Source: Prorocentrum cordatum (lineage: Eukaryota). From it: a DNA stretch of 64,000 nucleotides. Below, piece after piece: positions 25,690 to 41,819 of this stretch; the first letter of the stretch is position 1, and each line of letters begins with the position of its first letter. The notes under the pieces are model-generated. The model was not told the DNA's origin, searched no databases, and worked only from the letters and a program-made list of their open reading frames with translations. The DNA lies in NCBI GenBank assembly GCA_963575745.1, contig CAUYUJ010000232.1, positions 1 to 64,000 on the forward strand, in the 5' to 3' direction. The translations under genes were made by a program, and so were the position numbers.

Positions 25690-27090
25690 GATGACCCGGA
25701 GGAACCACGTGAGCTGCGGGACCCATAGGAAGGCTCCCGCCTGACGCGTCCTCACAATTCACTCACAGACGAGGGTCCCGCTTGATACTTCTTCCAAATT
25801 CAGACCTGAGGAGCCCAAAAGTGAGGACAGTTACAGGAATCCGATGACCCGCTCGGATTAGTAACATGATCTGCGGGCCCCATAGGGAGGGGGCTCCCGC
25901 CTGAGACTTGCTCGCAATTCACTGACAGACGAGGCTCCCGCCTGATACTTCCTCCAAATTCAGACCTGAGGAGCCCAAAAGTGACGACAGTTACAGGAAT
26001 CCGATGACCCGCTCGGATTAGTAACATGATCTGCGGGCCCCATAGGGAGGGGGCTCCCGCCTGAGACTTCCTCACAATTCACTCACAGACGAGGTTCCCG
26101 CTTGATACTTCCTCCAAATTCAGACCTGAGGATCCCAAAAGTGACGACACTTACAGGAATCCGATGACCCGCTCGGATTAGTAACATGATCTGCGGGCCC
26201 CATAGGGAGGGGGCTCCCGCCTGAGACTTCCTCACAATTCACTCACAGACGAGGCTCCCGCTTGATACTTCCTCCAAATTCAGACCTGAGGAGCCCAAAA
26301 GTGACGACAGTTACAGGAATCCGATGACCCGCTCGGATTAGTAACATGATCTGCGGGCCCCATAGGGAGGGGGCTCCCGCTTGAGACTTCCTCACAATTC
26401 ACTCACAGACGAGGCTCCCGCTTGATACTTCCTCCAAATTCAGACCTGAGGAGCCCAACAGTGACGACAGTTACAGGAATCCGATGACCCGCTCGGATTA
26501 GTAACATGATCTGCGGGCCCCATAGGGAGGGGGCTCCTGCCTGACGCGTCTTCACAATTCACTCACAGACGAGGGTCCCGCTTGATACTTCTTCCAAATT
26601 CAGACCTGAGGAGCGCAAAAGTGACGACAGATACAGGAATCCGATGACCCGCTCGGATTAGTAACATGATCTGCGGGCCCCATAGGGAGGGGGCTCCCGC
26701 CTGAGACTTGCTCGCACTTCACTGACAGACGAGGCTCCCGCCTGATATTTCCTCCAAATTCAGACCTGAGGAACCCAAAAGTGACGACAGTTACAGGAAT
26801 CCGATGACCCGCTCGGATTAGTAACCTGATCTGCGGGCCCCAAAGGGAGGCGGCTCCCGCTTGAGACTTCCTCACAATTCACTCACAGACGAGGCTCCCG
26901 CTTGATACTTCCTCCAAATTCAGACTTGAGGAGCCCAAAAGTGACGACAGTTACATAAATCCGATGACCCGTTCGGATTAGTAACGTGTTTTGCGGGCCC
27001 CATAGGGAGGGGGCTCCCGCCTGAGACTTCCTCACAATTCACTCACAGACGAGGCTCCCGCCTGATACTGCCTCCATATTCAGGCCTCAA
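25690..27090. repeat. 160-bp satellite, homogeneous array (~8.5 copies)
   Basis: cagac(c/t)tgag at 25801, 25961, 26121, 26281, 26441, 26601, 26761 and 26921, an exact 160-bp period. Confidence 0.97.
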
Positions 27091-27101
27091 GTCAGCGAGT
27101 A

Positions 27102-27390
<289 letters not shown>

Positions 27391-29709
27391 GGAGGAGGAA
27401 GCAAAGAGGAGCAGAGGAGAGGGAGGAGGACGAGAGATCCTGCGCGGAGGGTGTGCAGAGAAAACAAGAATCCCACTTGGGATGTGGGGAAAAACCAGGC
27501 GGGCGTTAGCCTGCGTGCGGCGCATCGTTCAGGCCGCGCACAAGGGGTCTCCTCGCGAGCCCCTCCGCAGTCCCGTGCGCAGACGCGCCGCTGCTGCGGC
27601 ATATCCCAGGGACATGCTCCTCTCCCCTTCCGCTCGTTCTCACCGTTGTCGCTCATCTCCTCATACATACTTCTTGCTCATCATTCGATCGGCCGTCTCG
27701 TTCTGGTAGAGTGCTGACGCGGCATCCGTCGATAACAAAGTGCTATATTGCGACTTGATGACATTAGCGGGGGGCGCGTGTACACAAAACAAACAACATG
27801 ATATTAGCATAGCCTCGGGGGCCTCTTGGGGGCTGTTGTGGGGATCTTGGGGCTGCCTTGGGGGATCTTGGGGCTATCTGGAGGATCTTGGGGTCCTTTC
27901 TGGGGTTGTCTCGGGGTCGTCTTGAGCCATTCTTGAGCCGTCTCCGTCTTGAGCTGGCCTTGAGGCCGCCTCGGTGGGCCTTTGGGTTGTCTCAGGGTCA
28001 CCTTGGGGTCCTCCAGGGGCTACCCAGACCGCTGGAGCGCAGCTTGGAACGGCCCCAAGGCCGTCCAGAGGGGTCGGAATGAGAGGTGATGGGAGGGGAG
28101 GTGTGATAATTGAAGGTATTATATCTTATGGAACAGGAATCCTGGGGAGGCTTGTCCAAGGGGGGTTGTCCGGGGGGGTTGTCCGGATTCTTGTGGGGTT
28201 GTCCAAGGGGTTGTCCGGGCCGCGTCGTGTCAGCACGTGCGCATATCATTATCATGCATACCATCAAAAGCATGGCACAACCAGGGAAGCCCAGTTGGAA
28301 CTGTTGACTTTTTTCCCCACTTTTCCTTGCTTCGGCTCCCGTTTGCACGCCCTTCTTTATCGCGCTTCCCCAAACAGCTATGCTGAGTGGGGTCCTGTTG
28401 CGGTAGAAGCTAGTTCTGGCCAATGGGTCAGCGCTCAGAGACATCCTCCATCATCGGGGGTGACCTGGCCAGTTTCGCCAGAGACGTCCTCGCAACTCTG
28501 GGTTCGGAGATGCCCTGAACTGAGGTGGTCTGGTCAGTTCGGCTTGACACATTTTCGCAATATGCCGGCGTTCCCGCATCTCTGGGCTCGGAAATGCAGC
28601 GCGCGAGGTGGTCCAGCCAGTTCATCCAGAGACATCAGGGCGCGGAGATGTAGCGCGCGAAGTGGTCCAGCCAGTTTCGCCAGAGACATTCTCGCAATTT
28701 TGGGTTCGGAGATGCCACGCGAGAGCTGGTCTGGCCACTTCTGCTTGAGATATCCTCGCAACACTGCGCGCTGGCCACGTCCCTGATTGGGAACGGTACT
28801 CTCGCCTCAACCCTTGCGACATCCTTCATTGGGTACTTATGGTGTTGCGGCTCGAGTGCCAGCAACCATCCGTGATTGGGAATGGTGCTCTCGCCTACAT
28901 CTCCGTCTGGTATTGGTGCTGTCGCCTTCGCGCTGACCACATGCTGCCTCATCATTATGCGTGATGCTCTAGCCTCAGCGCCGGTCACTTCCCTAAGTGG
29001 GTATTGTGCTGCCGCTCGGGCGCCAGCCACAATCACGTGCTGGGACGCAGGGGTTGTAGGGGTTGTCCGGCGGGTTGTCCCAGGATTTTGTTGGTTATGT
29101 TTTTTTCCATTTGACATAGTAGGGGAGGGTACGGAGATGCGGGCCGGTGAGCGGGAAGGGGAGGGAAGAGGAGGGGCACGGGAGGGCTGGGTGCGTTGGA
29201 TGGGGCGGGGCAGGGGGAGGAGAGGGAAGCACGGCAAGAATTCTTCGCTGACCTGGGCCCCTGGGGATCTAGCCCCCTTCCCCGAAAGCATGCTGCCGTC
29301 CTGAGCTGCTCTCTGACGGCCTCTGGGCTGGTAAGCGGCCTCCCTTGGGGGAGCGCGTCAGAACAACCGCCGTGAAGTTTTTCGGTTACTTGAAGGAGGA
29401 GGAGGAGGAGGAGGAGGAGGAGGAGGAGGCGTAAGGAGGATCTGCAGTGATGACCTACTCGTCGAGCCGAGCGCCTTGGGTTCGAGGATCGACGAATCGC
29501 GGGGATCGCCGCGGCGGGAATGCCGAGGCCCAGGCGCGCCCAACCAGGGCGTGCCGAACCCTGGCCAGGCGTTTGCCAGCGGGCTAGGCGAGCTCCCCCC
29601 CTTGTTGGGGTGCCAGGAGGAGGAGGAGGAGGAGGAGGAGGAGGAGGAGGAGGAGGAGGAGGAGGAGGAGGAGGAGGAGGAGGAGGAGGAGGAGGAGGAG
29701 GAGGAGGAA

Positions 29710-30948
29710 GGCACATTCGAGCAGCAGATCTGCAGGGACTTCGCAACCAAACACTTTTGTGGCGGAGGCCTCGAGCACGGTGTCGACCTCACCGTGCTCT
29801 CAAGGCTCATCCGTGGCCATCGACGTGCGCAACGCCACGGACATGCAGCACTGCTCGAGCGCATAGCTACAGGAGCCGTGTGGCCAGGATATCGGCGTTA
29901 CCCTGACGAGCCTGATCGACAAAAATGCCCTCGGTGTACAGCTGCACGCCTCCATCCCCTGCCCGTCGAAGACATACTACATCAACAGTGGAAGTTCCCG
30001 TGCCTTAACGCGACAGAGCACACAGCCTTTGACCTCCTCCCGCATATAGAAGGTCAACATGAAGACGGGGCTTGTTTTTGGCATCGAGGAATCGTCCCGA
30101 TCCTCTCTGGATTTACCCGCACATTGACAAGTTCCCAGAATGGAAGTTTTGAGTGTTCAGGAGGCGTTGCTCAGGAACAGCGTCTCCAGCTCCCCCCGGA
30201 TGCCCTGGTAGGTACTGATGGAAGCGGAGGCGACCACACTAATGACCCAAGGCTCCGTAGATGTGGCTGGGGTTTTGCCATTCGTTCCCAGGGTGCCATC
30301 CTTAGGGAAGCCTGGGGCCCGCTCCTCGGACGGCACCAGGCGGTGCCCTTGGCGGAGCTGGAGGGCCTTACGCAGGCCCTCAAGCATACCCAGGGACCAG
30401 CCACTTTTGTTGTAGACTGCGCCTGCGTCCTGAAAGAATTGCATGCTGGCCCTGGCCAGACCCCGCCCTTGCATGCTGCAGCATGGGCTCGTTTTGGAAT
30501 GAATGTAACGTCAGGCCAGGAGAAGCGCAGTTTATCAAGGTGAAGAGCCACCTCGCAGAGACTGGCATCGGCCGATTTGTCTCCGAGGGCGGGTTCCGAT
30601 GCAATGAGGCTGCTGGCGAGGCGGCTAAGAGAGGAGCTGCCTTCGCCCAGCTTCCCCCAGTCCCTCGCCGAGGTTGCCCGAATCGACTCCCTGGCCAAGA
30701 AGGTTTTGAAACTCTTGCTCGAGGTAGGTTTGGCGGGGGTCCTGGCCAGGCAGGCTGACGCCACAGCCCCAGGAGCCCCGACCCCAACCGATTTCGTTGC
30801 CGCCCGCAGAGAGCGGCGTGATGGCCGAATCGCTGCTAGATTGGACGCCCGCCAAGCTACCAACCACCAGGTGGTTCCACGCCGGAGCACCTCTTTTTGT
30901 TCTGTCCTTGCATTTGTACCAAACTCAAGCCCTCTTGTAGTCGCTCTG
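29710..30948 (+). mobile_element. 5'-truncated, frameshifted LINE fragment (post-RT zinc knuckle plus RNase H) between GGA tracts
   Basis: ATGAVWP, KCPRC..EDILHQQW, CFWHRGIVP, VGTDGSGG..DPRLRRCGWG, QAVPLAEL, VVDCACV; after a frameshift IKVKSH and NEAAGEAAKRG. Confidence 0.85.
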
Positions 30949-30949
30949 A

Positions 30950-32160
30950 GAAGGAGGAAGAGGAGAATGATGAGGATGAGGAGGATGAGGATGATGATGA
31001 GGATGAGGATGATGATGCTGCTGCTGATGACGATGACGACGAGGATGATGATGACGATGATGATGATGCTGGTGATGATGATGCTGATGCTGATGATGAT
31101 GCTGCTGCTGATGATGATGCCGATGATGTTGATGACGATAATGATGCTGATGATGATGATGATGGTGATGATGATGAGGAGGAGGAGGAAGAGGAGGAAG
31201 AGGAGGAGGAGGAGGAGGAGGAGGAGGAGGATGAGGAGGAGGAGGAGGAAGAGGGAGGAGGAGGAGGAGGAGGAGGAGGAGGAGGAAGAGGAGGAGGAGG
31301 AGGAGAAGAGGAGAGAGGAGGAGGAGGAGGAGGACGAAGAGGAGGAGGAGGAGGAGGAGGAGGACGAGAGGAGGATGAGGTGGAGGAGGCGGAGGGGGAG
31401 GCGGAGGGGGAGGCGGAGGAGGAGGCGGAGGAGGAGGAGGACGAGGAGGAGGAGGAGGAGGAGGAGGAGGAGGAGGAGGGGGAGGAGGAGAAGGAGGAGG
31501 ATGAGGACGAGGAGGACGAGGAGGAGGAGGAGGAGAAATAATAAGAGGAAGAGGAAGAAGAGGAAGGGGAAACAATTTAATGATAATGGTAATACTAACG
31601 CGAAAAACAATCTTTGTAATACTAGTAATAGTATGAAGAATAGTAATAATAAGAAGAAGACGAAAAAGACGAATACGACGAATCATTATATTTGTTATAT
31701 GAAAACTACCAGTAATAATACGAAGCAGAATAATCATATTAATAATAATGATAAGACGTAAATGAATAATAACATTGCTTATAGGAAAATACTAAGACGA
31801 CCGATAAGAATAATGATAATAATGAGAAGAACCAAGCGACTAATCATATTTTTTAATAATACTAGTAGCAATAATAATAAATATAACAATTCTTGATACT
31901 ACTGCTAATGATACTAGGAATAACAATAACCATAATAATAAGGCGACTGAGAAGAATAATAAGAGTAATACATACAATCCTATTACTAATGATACTAAGA
32001 GTACTATGAACATTACGACGAATAATAAACCGAATAAGAAGCACACGAATAATACGAATGATAATGCCACGACGAGTAATACGATACTAAGAAAACAAAT
32101 GATAACAACACAACGAAGAATAGTAATACGAATAATAAGAAGACGAAAATAATAATATCA
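30950..32160. repeat. (GAT)/(GGA) microsatellites and AT-rich low-complexity sequence
   Basis: Read directly from the sequence. Confidence 0.93.
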
Positions 32161-33693
32161 ATTCTAGACGCTTCGCGTATCCCCACCAGCCCGTCCAGAA
32201 ATGAGCCCCAGAGGAGTGGAGGTGATGAGGGAAGCGGGGGAGCATGCAGAAGAACAAAGAGCGGGTTAAGCCGCCATACGTTCCAAGAGGGGGAGGATGT
32301 AGGAGGAGTCGTCGTCGTCGGAGTAGGAGGAGGAAGACGAGGAGCAGGAGGAGGAGCAGGAGGAGGAGGGGGAGGAGGAAGAGGAGGAGGAGGAGGAGGA
32401 AGATGAGGAGGAGGAGATGGAGGAGGGCGAGGACGAGGAGGACGAGAAGGAGGAGGAGGAGGAGGAGAAGGAGGAGGAGGAGGAGGGGGAGGGGGAGGAG
32501 GGAGGAGGGAGAAAAAGAGGAGGAGGAGGAGGACAATGGCGAGCTTGGGGGCCTCTTGGGCCGTCTTTGGGGCCTCTTGGCGGTCCCGGGGGCCTCTTGC
32601 GTATCTCGGGGAGCTTCTTGTGTCCTTTTGGGAGTCTCTTGGAGGCCTCTTGGAGGCCTCTTGGGGGCCTCTTGGGGCCTCTTGGGGCCCTCTTGGGGCG
32701 CTCTTGGGGCGCTCTTGGGAGCCTTCGGGGCGCTCTTGGGGCCATCTTGGAGGAGATCTATCAAGAAGGGGGGGTTGCTTATTAGCGTTGCCCCTCTAGA
32801 GTGCCTCGAATCGCCTCTTGGGCCTTCCTAGAGGCCAAAATCCGTCCAAAACCTAAGGAAAATCAATGTTTTTTGCTTTCTCGCCTTTTCGCTCTTGGAG
32901 CCGTCTTGGGCCATCTTGGGAGCATCTTGGGGCCTCTTGGGGGTCTCTTGGGAGCCTCTTGGGGGCATCTTGGGGGCCTCTTGGGGCCTCTTGGGGCCCT
33001 CTTGGGGCGCTCTTGGGGCGCTCTTGGGGCGCTCTTGGGAGCCTTCGGGGCGCTCTTGGGGCCATCTTGGAGGAGATCGATCAAAGAAGGGAGGGTCGTA
33101 TATTAGCGCTGCCCCTCTAGAGTGCCTCGAGTCGCCTCTTGGGCCCCCCAAGAGGCCAAAATCCTTCCAAAACCTAGGTAAAATCAATGTTTTTTGCTTT
33201 CTCGCCTTTTCGCTCTTGGAGCCGTCTTGGGCCATCTTGGACTCTCTTGGGGCCTCTTGGGGGTCTCTTGGCAGCCTCTTAGAGGCTTCTTGGGGGCCTC
33301 TTGGGGTCTCTTGGGGCGCTCTTGGGGCGCTCTTGGGGCGCTCTTGGGAGCCTTCGGGGCGCACTTGGGGCCATCTTGGAGGAGATCTATCAAAGAAGGG
33401 GGGAGCCTTAATTAGCCTCGCCCCTCTAGAGTGCCTCGAGTCGCCTCTTGGGCCCCCCCAAGAGGCCAAAATCCGTCCAAAACCTAGGTAAAATCAATGT
33501 TTTGTGTTTTCTCGCCTTTTCGCTCTTGGAGCTGTCTTGGGTCATCTTGGACGTCCCAACGCGTCGCGGAACGCCTCGTCCAGGTCAGTGGGGAGGGGTA
33601 AGGGGAGGGGTAAACCCCTCCCCGAAGGGGAAGAAGGGGGTTGGCAGAGGAAACTCTCTAGACCACCTACGCCCTAAAGGGCTGGTGGGATAC
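32159..33693 (-). mobile_element. Non-autonomous Helentron-like element B with an internal ~310-320-bp triplication
   Basis: Stem-loop acgc-ttc-gcgt (32168-32178). gtatccccaccagccc (32177-32192) is inverted to gggctggtgggatac (33679-33693). Hairpin ggggagggg-taaa-cccctcccc near 33602-33623. ccatcttggaggagatc at 32742, 33062 and 33371. Confidence 0.62.
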
Positions 33694-33699
33694 TACTGG

Positions 33700-34341
33700 T
33701 GCGACAGTTAAGAACAATAAGGATAAGACACATAATACTACCAATCAGAAGAATAGTACTAAGAAGAATAACGATACGAGTACTACTAATATTATGAATA
33801 AGAACAATGAGAGTACGCATGGTACTAATACTACTCATAAGAATAATGATAAGAAGAAGCAGGCGACAACGAATACGACGAACCATAATAATACCCATAG
33901 TCTTACTAATATTACTAATTAGAAGAATACTAAGAACAATACTAATATCAAGACCAATCCTAATCATACGAGTAGTAATACCAGCACTAATGCTACGAAT
34001 AATAGTAGTACTAATGATACTAGTCCTACTACTAATATCAGCAATCATAATACTGATAATAATAATGATGATAATACTAGTAGTAATAGTGATAGTAATA
34101 GTAATAGTAATACTTATAATACTAATACTAATACTAATACTAATACTAATACTAATACTAATACTAATACTAATACTAATACTAATACTAATACCAATAC
34201 TAATACTAATCCTAATACTAATACTAATACTAATACTAATACCAACACTAATACTAATAATAGTAATAACAATAGTAATACTGATAAAACTAATAATACT
34301 AAAAATGATACTAATCATATTCATGATCATAATCATACCAA

Positions 34342-34388
<47 letters not shown>

Positions 34389-34650
34389 TTATTAATAACA
34401 ATAACAATAATAATAATGATAATACTGATCATGATCATAACCATGATAATAATCGTAATAGTAATATCCAATATACTACGAATAATAAGAATACTCATTA
34501 TCATACTACTACTAAGAAGATGATGAGGAGGAGGAAGAGGAGGAGGAGGAGGAGGAGGAGGAGGAGGAGGAGGAGGAGGAGGAGGAGGAGGAGGAGGAGG
34601 AGGAGGAGGATGAGGCGGAGAAGGAGGCGGAGGCGAAGGCGGAGGCGGAA
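33700..34650. repeat. (TAATAC)n, (TAC)n and (GGA)n low-complexity block
   Basis: Read directly from the sequence. Confidence 0.92.
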
Positions 34651-36303
34651 ATGAGGCCAGCGGTGCAGTGGGAACACGATTCGGAACGAGCGGTGGCCCG
34701 AGAATGAAACCAACGCTTCAGCGAAATTCGTTTTCTGGGAATCCTGTGTGTAAAACGCTAGTGCGCGGAGGGGGGACGACCATTTCCTGGACGTCACCAA
34801 GGGAGAGAGGAGAGTTGTATTCATATTGTGTATTGTGGAGGGGTCAAGCTACCCACCCGCCCGCAATCCGTCTAGCTCACTCCCACCCACCCTCCCTACA
34901 CATAAGTACCACCCAGCCTGAACATTATCAGCGGTCGTCATTGGATGGACAGCTACTGGGAACCAAAGCCGACCCCAGGTGCGCGACGCTCGGGCGAGGT
35001 GCGTCACGCGTGCCAGGGGTGCCACGCGCGCCAGGCACCCCGAGGCCCCGGGCGTGCCAGGCACGCCTGTTGCGCCAGATGCGTCACTTGCTCCGAGTGC
35101 ATTAGGTGTGCCGCACGCTCCAGCCGCGCCAGGTGCGCCCCATTTCGGGGCACGTGCAGAGCGTCACGTGCGCCTCCGCACGCGACAGCACACATCGGGA
35201 AACATGTCGGCCCCCACCATCCCCGTCGAAAACCAATGCGCATCATTGTGCCTGATGGGCCTGCGCACAACAGGACACGCGCTACCACTCCTGTCAACAA
35301 ACACTTGACAGTGATGGCGGGGTGGCCGCGCATGATCCAGATTGAGCCGCGATCAGCTTTTTGTACTATTCTTTGTTCGGGATGGTAACCCTGCACACAG
35401 CAAGGAATATGCTGACACCCCCGCCGTCCCTGTCAAAAACAATACAAGGTGCTCGAGGGCCTCACGAGCATGACGCAAGACGTTGCCCCAACATGTATTT
35501 TGTATTGTTTTTTCTTGGTAGGGATCGTGGGGAGGGGGGGCGCATCGGGTTGGCCGCGCATGCTCCAAATGTGGAGGCAGAGTGCGTTTTGTATTGTTTT
35601 TTGACGGATGGGGGGGGTGGCCCGCATGGGGTTGGCATGGTTACGGGTTGGCCGCCGGCTGGATGGGTCAGGGTGTGTATATTACCAGGGAGCATTGATA
35701 AACCCCTCCCCAGAGCAGGGCAGGGAGGGGTTGTGGAAAGAGAGAAGACACAGTTTGTTCAACCACCTACGCCCAGAGGGCTGGTGAGGAGGTATCGAGC
35801 GGGAACCATGGTCGTCTTAACTGGGCTTCTACATAACTCAACGAATTGAGGACATTTCGGGCGAGAGCACCGCTCCTGAGCGCGATGATTCATACGACCA
35901 GGGCGTCTCGGAGTAAACTGTAAGCGAGAAAGTCTCGAACGAGAGCGCTGTTTCTGAGTGTTCGTGCTCTCGCTGGTCAAGGGCGCTTCGGAGTAAACCG
36001 TGAGGAAGTATCGAGCGGGAGCCGTTGTCGTCGTACTTGGGCCGTCACCAAGTTGACTGAGGTGCGGGGTAGTCTGGGGTGAGAGCGCCGTTCCTGAGTT
36101 TGGGGGCCTCTCTGGCCATGGCGTCTGAGAGTACATTGTGAGGAAGTATCGAGCGGGAGCCGTCGTCGTCGCGGTTGGGCCTCCAGCAACCCACAACTAG
36201 AGCAAAGCCAGCGAGCGGGAGGTAGACAAGAGCGTCCGGAGCCGTCTCCGTATATCAAACGTATTGAATGTTCGGACATTTGTATCCCAGCAGGAAGAGG
36301 CAG

Positions 36304-37690
<1,387 letters not shown>

Positions 37691-38469
37691 ATGCGATGTG
37701 ATGCGACGCGGCCACCGTTGCGGACAGCGTCCTGGCCTAGCTCAGATCAATTTGGTTAGGCCGTGGCCTCGAGAGTCTAGCTAGGGGAGGAGGAAGAAAC
37801 ATAAGAAGAGTAAGTCCTTAGTGTCGTTGTCGGCGCGGGCTGTGTGTGTCGTCTCGACTTTCTCTGGGCGTTCTGTTTATGGGTCTTGGTTCTGGGTGTT
37901 TGCTGGTGTGAGGTCGGGGTAGTGATGCTCGAGCACTGCCCATGTTTCGGTACCTTTGGCTGCTTGTGTCTATGTGATGTCGATTAGTTGTCCTCTTGAT
38001 TTGGCCTGAGGTGGAGGAGAAGGAGGCACAGGATGATCAAGCTGTGCTGGTCCTTTTCCCACTGTGAAGCTGCGCGTTGGACGTCTCGTCTCTCCGTTTA
38101 CCCCCGTCTAGACTTATCTTCTTGTGCGATCAACGAACGACCGCATAGTGTGAGTGCCAGAGTGCGACCAACCTTGCTGTGCTGGCCACTTAGAATGCGC
38201 GACCGACAGGGCGAGGTGATGTATCTCCCTTGGTCCCCTGCGCCTGGCTCGGGAGGCGGAGGCAGAGGCGGGGGCATGGGCGGCGGCGGATTGGACGCAG
38301 AAGGAGGGTGTAGGAGGGGGAGGAGGAGGAGGAGGGGCGAGATGGAGGAGGAGGGGGAGGAGGGTGTAGTAGGGGGAGGGTGTAGGAGGGGGAGGGTGTA
38401 AGAGGGGGAGGAGGAAGAGGAGGGGGGAAGGTGAGGACGAGGAGGAGCTTTCTAAGCAGCTCGGAGCCT

Positions 38470-38681
38470 AATGATGATGATGCTGCTGACGACAATGATG
38501 ACGATGAGGATGGTGATGGTGGTGATGATGATAATGCTGATCGTGATGGTGGTGATGCTGATGATGCTGCTCATGCCTATGATGATGACGATGATGCTGG
38601 CGATGATGACGATGAAAGGGATGATTAGAAGGACACTATTGCTGCTGATGGCGATGACGACGACGATGATGTTGATGACAC

Positions 38682-38719
<38 letters not shown>

Positions 38720-38998
38720 CTGATGATGATGATGATGAGTTTGATGATGATGCTGATGGTGATGATGGTGACGACGATGATTGTGATGGTAATGATGATG
38801 ATGAGGATGATGATGATGATGATGATGAATGTGATGATGATTATGATGATGATGTTGCTGACGCTGATACTGATGATGATGATGATTGTGACACTGACTG
38901 TGATGCTGTTGATGGTGATGCTATATTTGATGGTAAGTCTTATGATGATGGGGAGGATCAGGATGATGCTGCTGCTGATGATGATGACGACGATGGCA

Positions 38999-39029
<31 letters not shown>

Positions 39030-39399
39030 CGACGACGAGAAGGAGGAGGAGGAGAAGGAGGATGATGATGATGACGATGATGACGATGCTGATGATTATG
39101 ATGATGATGATGCTGATGAGAATGCTGCTGTTGCTGCTGCTGCTGATGATGATGACGATGACGATGACGACGACGACGACGACTAGTATTAGGATGACGA
39201 TGAGGCTGTTGCTGCTACTGATGATGATGCTGATGACAATGATGATGATTGCGATGATGATGATGATAGCAATGATGATTATGATGATGATGCTGTTGCT
39301 GCTGCTGCTGATGATGATGATGATGCAAATGGCAATGATGATTATGCTGATGGTGATGATGATTATGCTGATGGTGATGATGATGATACTGACGATGAT

Positions 39400-39433
<34 letters not shown>

Positions 39434-39488
39434 GCGACTATTAGTATGATGATGATGCTGTTGCTGCTACTGATGATGATGGCAATAC

Positions 39489-39523
<35 letters not shown>

Positions 39524-39524
39524 C

Positions 39525-39562
<38 letters not shown>

Positions 39563-39577
39563 CTGATGATGCTGATG

Positions 39578-39609
<32 letters not shown>

Positions 39610-39845
39610 GACGGTGATTCTGTTGATGGTGGTGATGATAATGCTTGTAACGATGCTGATGCTAATGATGATGTTGATGACGATGGTAATGCTGATGGTG
39701 ATGACGATGACGATGACGATGACGATGGCGACTAATATTTCTATGATGATTCTGATGATGCTGTTGTTTGCTACTGGTGATGATGATGCTGATGGCAATG
39801 CTGATGACGATGATTATGATGATGCTGAAGGCAGTGCTGATGGCA

Positions 39846-39898
<53 letters not shown>

Positions 39899-40163
39899 AT
39901 TGTTGCTGCTGCTGATCGTGATGATGGCAGGGCAATGATGATGATTATGCTGATGGTGATGATGATGATGATGCTGTTGCTGCTACTGATGATGATGCTG
40001 ATGGCAACGCTGATCATGATGCTGATGGTGATGACAATGATGATGATCACGATGGTGATGATGATGATGCTTATGCGGATACTGATGCTGATGACGATGA
40101 TGATGATGACGATGACGATGACGACGACGACTAGTATTATGATGATGATGCTGTTGCTGCTAC

Positions 40164-40197
<34 letters not shown>

Positions 40198-40210
40198 CAT
40201 GCTGATGGCA

Positions 40211-40249
<39 letters not shown>

Positions 40250-40418
40250 CTGATGTTAGTGATGGTGATGATGCTGTTGCTGCTGATGATGGTGCTCATG
40301 GCAGTGGAGATGTTGATGCTGATGAGGATGATGATGATGCTGTTGCTGCTTCTACTGGTAATGATGATTCTGATGGAACTGATGATGATGCTGATTATTT
40401 TGATGATTTCGATACTGG

Positions 40419-40456
<38 letters not shown>

Positions 40457-41008
40457 CTGTTGCTGCTACTGATGATGATCATGCTGATGGCAATGATGAT
40501 GCTGCTGCTGATGATGCTGATGATGATAATGACGATGATGATGATGGTGATGATGAAGACGATGACGATGACGACTACTATTGTGATGATCATAATGCTG
40601 TTGCTGCTTCTGATGATTATGCTGACTGCAAAGATGATGATGCTGATGGTTATGATGATGCTGATTATGATGATGATTATGATGCTGTTGCTGCTACTGA
40701 TTATGATGATGCTGATGGCAATGATGATGTTGCTGATGACTAAGCAGATGGTGATGGTGATACTGATGATGATGATGCTGATGGCAATGATGATGATGCT
40801 TATGATGATGATGATGATGATGATGATGATGCTGATGATGCTGATGATGATGATGATGCCTCTGCTGATGATGATGCTGATGATGATGACGATGATGATG
40901 ATGATGATGATGATGATGACGCTGATGCTGCTTATGATAATGATGATGATGCTGATGATTGATGATTGATGATTGATGATTGATGATTGATGGTTGATGA
41001 TTGATGAT

Positions 41009-41106
<98 letters not shown>

Positions 41107-41113
41107 CTGATGC

Positions 41114-41187
<74 letters not shown>
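38470..41187. repeat. ~2.7-kb degenerate (GAT)n tract
   Basis: GAT with GCT/GAC/GGT variants; (GATTGAT) 7-mers near 40957-41010. Confidence 0.96.
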
Positions 41188-41819
41188 CCGGTCTCCTTTG
41201 GGACGGATTCGGCGCACGGCCTCGCAAGCTGGCTAGGGCCAATGTCGGTGGTGCTGGGAAGCAGGGCATTTTCCCGTTGATTGAAAGTTCTTTTCCAGCC
41301 TGACACCCCTGGAAAAATCATAGAGTCCAGCATGTTCACAACAAAGTTGGGAGGCGGATAAAGTGGCAGGGAGGAGGGACGGGAGGAGGGGGTTGTGGGT
41401 GGGATAGGGGCAGTAGGACACAGGATGGGGTAAGAGGAAGTGGGATGAGGCACGGGGAGTACACGTTGCAGGAGGCATGGGGGGTTTAGGAGGCAAAGGC
41501 GGCCGCTGGAGGCGATATGGCTGGCAAGATGGGCATGGACTCCACCCAGGCCATGATGGCTGGCGTCGTGGGCCAAGCAGGAAGAGGGGGGGGTAGAAGC
41601 AGGGGGCGAGCTTCGGGATTTACAGTCGCTTGGACGTTTTTGTCGTTTCCCTAATAGCATCTCGCTAGAAGGTTCTCATAGGTATCAAAGATCCTACAGG
41701 CTTATGCCACATCCGCTGCCCCCACTCAGTGTAGATTGTTTCCTATAGTTATTGGGGGCGTCCAGGGTGATGGTGATATAAACGAAAGCGAGAGGATGAC
41801 GTGGGAGAAGAGGGATAAT

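Noticed and set aside
25690..27090. CRISPR-like regular array
   Set aside because: Whole 160-bp units repeat with no unique spacers and no cas genes; this is a satellite.
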